Shown here: in pieces, positions 60,310-64,000 of the stretch
Layout of the letters: each line of letters starts with the position of its first letter
How positions within the stretch are numbered: the first letter of the stretch is position 1
Source of the DNA: Antechinus flavipes
Lineage: Eukaryota
Assembly (NCBI RefSeq): GCF_016432865.1
Contig: NC_067403.1
Coordinates: 80,848,001 to 80,912,000 of the forward strand
DNA: 64,000 nt
Reading direction: 5' to 3'
Program-made: the position numbers and the translations under genes
Notes under the pieces: generated by a model
What the model was told of the DNA's origin: nothing
The model's database searches: none
The model's input: the letters and a program-made list of their open reading frames with translations, nothing else

Positions 60310-63300
60310 GTGAATGGTTGGAGTTTGGTTTGGTTTTATTTAGGTGATTGGATATTTGAAATCCTGTAGGGCTGTAGCGGTTTGATGACACGATGCACAA
60401 CAACAGGGCTTAAACCCAGGTGGTTGGGTGCTGTATTACATTAGCCAATTCTCCGTTGTGTTTTTTGGCATTTTTTCCTTCAGATTTATCAGATGAGCAA
60501 ATTGCTTTATCTAAATGTCTGGTAGTTGAGATATGGAAACAATATTATAGTCAACCTTTGTTAGGTCCTCAGTGGCCAAGCAGAACAAGCATAATACTTC
60601 CTTTTGTCCGTGGCCATTTTGAAATATTCTGGTGGGACTTTGCTTGCGTCATTGTATACCTCTTATTTATAATTGTGTTTAAATGAAATAATAATTTAGC
60701 CCCAGTCATTTGAAGTCTAGCTTAACATTAACCTCTCCTTGGTTGGTCAATTACTACACCTAATAGTATAGGAGATTATTTTAGATCTTAAATATTAGTT
60801 GATTGAGATTAGCAGAATAATGAGCCAATATTATCTTAGATAATGTATGTAACTCATATAGCACTTTGCAACTAATATTTACTAGGTTTATAAGCTTGAT
60901 TGATGTTATCATTCTGAGTGTCAGTTCTTTTTTTCCTTTTTAGTATTTCACAAAGAGTTTTCCCCTTCTTAAACATCTATTAAAAATACTACCTCCTTTT
61001 TGGAGCCTTCTCTCATAGAATACAAGGGAATCTATTCATCTTTTGCACAAACTGACCTACCTTCTTAACTCTTAGCAACAAAATTGTGAAAACTAAATTT
61101 AAAAATCCATTGACCGGTTCTTTTTTTACATTATTGTACAACTTACTACAGCCTTCTACATATACGTCCACATTTGCATATATATTTTAAATATAAATTT
61201 CCATTAAAATCAGTTGTGATTTCTGCTTATAGTGAGAAAAGGTTGGAATTGAAACCAAGTGCCTTGAATTGTAGGTTAAAACTACCCAGTTAAATGTTTG
61301 ATACTTTGATGCATTCTCTAATTTCTCCATACTTCAGTTGCTTCATATATCAAATGTGGCTAATGATAATTCTTTAGCACCCTGAAGTGAAGACTAATAA
61401 GAAGGAATTGTCTAGTTTATGAAAAACAGCGCTATGGACTAGAGTTTGTTTTTTTCTTTATATCTGTGATAAAGCCTTTGTCCAGGATCAAGAGAATTCC
61501 TAGAATACTCATTCTATATTGTAGATTTCTTAGAGTGACCACAAGGAATGTGGAGCGCCTTTCAATCCCAACTCATTTTAGATTTGAGGGGATTAAAGAA
61601 TTTAAGTGTCTTGCTTAAAGTAGCATAGATAATGAATGTTAGGTGGGCTTTGAACCCAGGTGGAGAGGCCGTGACCTTTCCACAGTACCATTCTGCCTCC
61701 CTAACCAATCCAGTGGCCATTCCCATTTCCATAGTTTCTCTCAAACTGCAAAAACTCTTTCCTCCCATTTTGCAGACAATCCCAAAAGCCCACAATCACA
61801 TAGCAGAGATAGGACTAAAAAAGACTGGTCCAATTCAATTCAAAGGCTTTTTCTATTTTATTACAAAATATTATCTAGCTAACATTAGTAACCTCTCCTT
61901 TCTTGGTCAGTTACTGCACCTAATAGTATAGGAGATTATTTTAGATCTTAAATATTAGTTGATTGAGATTAACAGGATAATGAGCCAATATTATCTTAGA
62001 TAATGTATATAACATTCATATAGCACTTTGCAATTATTATATCAGACTTTTGATATTGCTATGTTAGGCATAGAGATTTTATATGGGTACATAAAATGAC
62101 AAAGCACTGCATGACTTTTTGGGGAGCAGAGAGTACTGCAGACTTTGAACTCGAGTATTTTTTTAAATTCTAGTTTCAGAAAAGTGAGCATTTTATGGCA
62201 TCTACTATGTGCCAGTTATTGCTGAACATTGGTAATACAAAGAAAATTGTAATATAAAATTGGTAATACAAAGAAAAATAAAAGGACAGTCCCTGTTCTC
62301 AAGGAGCTCACACAGCCTAATTGGGGGGAAGAGAATGAGGTGAAACAACCATTCTTTCATTCTTAAAATTTTTCAGGTCTCCCTCCATAGGAGTTTTCCA
62401 GCCATCACAGCACATGGTCTATTCCACTGTTTTCTCCCCCATCTTGCTACATAATTTGCTTATTCATCTCCTTTTCTAATCGTGTAACTGATGATCGTTT
62501 ATCCTAGTTCTCATACCATTCCAGATTGGCAATATATTTCAGCCTGCTCAAATACACCATAGTTCCTCACAATTCCTGTGTGAGTCTGTTATATTGTACC
62601 ACTGGAAGAATGTTGATGGTTGAAAACACTTGAGGTTATTTTATATTTAAAGTGACAGGGATTCACTGATAGCAGAAGTTCCTAAGTGATGAAACTCCTT
62701 TCTTCAGTGTAGACCAGCATCTTTTTTACAATTTAAAATCTTACGGGAATTGGCTGTACCACTGAAAAGTTAACATGACTTCCCCAAGTTGACAGAACCA
62801 TTAGTGTCCTAGGCAGATCTTCAGTGTTCATGCTTTTTCCCTCATACACTATGCTTCCTCTTTTTATAGCTACATTTTTGGTTATTTCTGTAAATGATAT
62901 AAAGGAAGTTTGGAGGTACTAGAACTCCCTCTTGTGGACTTAGTTTTTTAATGACGTTTTTTCTTATCCTTTCTTAATACGTGGCATGTAACTTTTAAAT
63001 AAATCATTAAAATGTAATTCTTTTCTTACTACTTCCATTATTTTACATTAATGAGAAGTAGTAAAAATAGCTATTACTGAAAAAAAAAAGCCAAGTACAA
63101 AACATACTAGGACTTTATTCACTATGTAAGTGATATGGTCTTAATAGATTGCTGATTAGAAAATGTTTCTTTAAATATTTCTTGCATGTTTTAATATAAC
63201 ATGTTGAAAGTGCCTGTATATCTATAATAGGCAGAAATAATAAAAAATTTTATAAGTAACAAATTTAGAAAATAAAGAATTTTATTTAGTGGTTCTGTGA

Positions 63301-64000
63301 TATCATTGGTATTGTTATACTGGTGACACAGAAATCAATCAGTAATCATTTATTAAGCCCTTCCTTTATTCCAGGTGCCCTGCTACATAGTGGGAATACA
63401 AAAAAAAGAGACAAAAGACAGTCTGCCATCAAAGAAATCTAATGGAATAGATCTATGTCTAATAACTAGATAACAGTAACCATTTGTACTTTTGAGCCTT
63501 TTGAGTACTTCTTACTATTAGTGTTTAGAGGCCCATCTGCTGGTATTGCATCAAGATTGCTATATTTTACCTGGGTACTTCTGGGGCACCCGTTGTTAAT
63601 CAGTGAATCTTGCTTGGCACACCACCTTTTCTTGTATATCTCCTTGATCTCTCCTTTTACATGGCTTTCAGTACCCAGTGTTTCATTGATAAATTGATGA
63701 AGCTTAATCTTGGCCATCATGTAAAACTATTTGCATAAGTTTATTTGGTAGGTGACTTAAATACATTTTCTTAGAGTAACAATCTTGAAAAACTAAACTT
63801 ATAAAGACATTCTTGTAAGCTATTTATTTTTCAGTTTAAAAATTTTAGAATGGAAACATAGGATCCAGATCACTAGGTTTTGACATATGGAAAGTGATAA
63901 ACTTTTCCTTTTGGGAATTAACCATCTCTTTGACTTTCATATCTCCAATGGTAGATTTCAATAATTCCACTTATTGTTTGTTCCAATTCCAATAATAGTT

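Noticed and set aside
58634-64000. TMEM131L exon 8 (AETTNTSLLQVQLEC... equivalent)
   Set aside because: No matching spliceable segment was seen. It is presumably downstream of the window.
1-64000. Endogenous non-retroviral viral element or intact transposase/RT ORF
   Set aside because: None of the listed ORFs resembles filovirus, bornavirus or parvovirus proteins, or an intact transposase or RT. Only decayed L1/L2 coding remnants are present.

Overview
AT-rich eukaryotic genomic DNA from a marsupial, probably an Australian dasyuromorph. The species call is an inference from the repeat families (MAR1/WSINE1-type SINEs, MdoRep1-like repeats, marsupial L1 3' ends, an ERV solo LTR). The whole window appears to lie inside TMEM131L (KIAA0922) on the + strand. 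Four in-frame coding exons with canonical AG/GT boundaries are visible at 49097-49165, 55566-55689, 57162-57278 and 58523-58633 (exons 4-7 by human numbering, recalled from memory). They encode part of the N-terminal TMEM131-like domain: [140 protein letters not shown]. The first 49 kb is the long upstream intron, packed with old L2/MIR/L3, L1 3' ends, SINEs, DNA-transposon MITEs, microsatellites and two N gaps. Apart from the 55492-55893 ORF, which contains one real exon, and L2/L1 remnants, the supplied ORFs look spurious. I see no prokaryotic features, CRISPR array or RNA gene, and no demonstrably new biological system. The best leads are regulatory or splicing hypotheses: a sense-oriented solo LTR with a perfect 6-bp TSD next to a dense AP-1 site cluster, CpG-retaining SINE relics, a possible (UG)n-repressed poison micro-exon, an inverted SINE hairpin, and three unexplained local duplications. 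Repeat boundaries and family names were assigned by eye and are approximate unless exact termini are stated.
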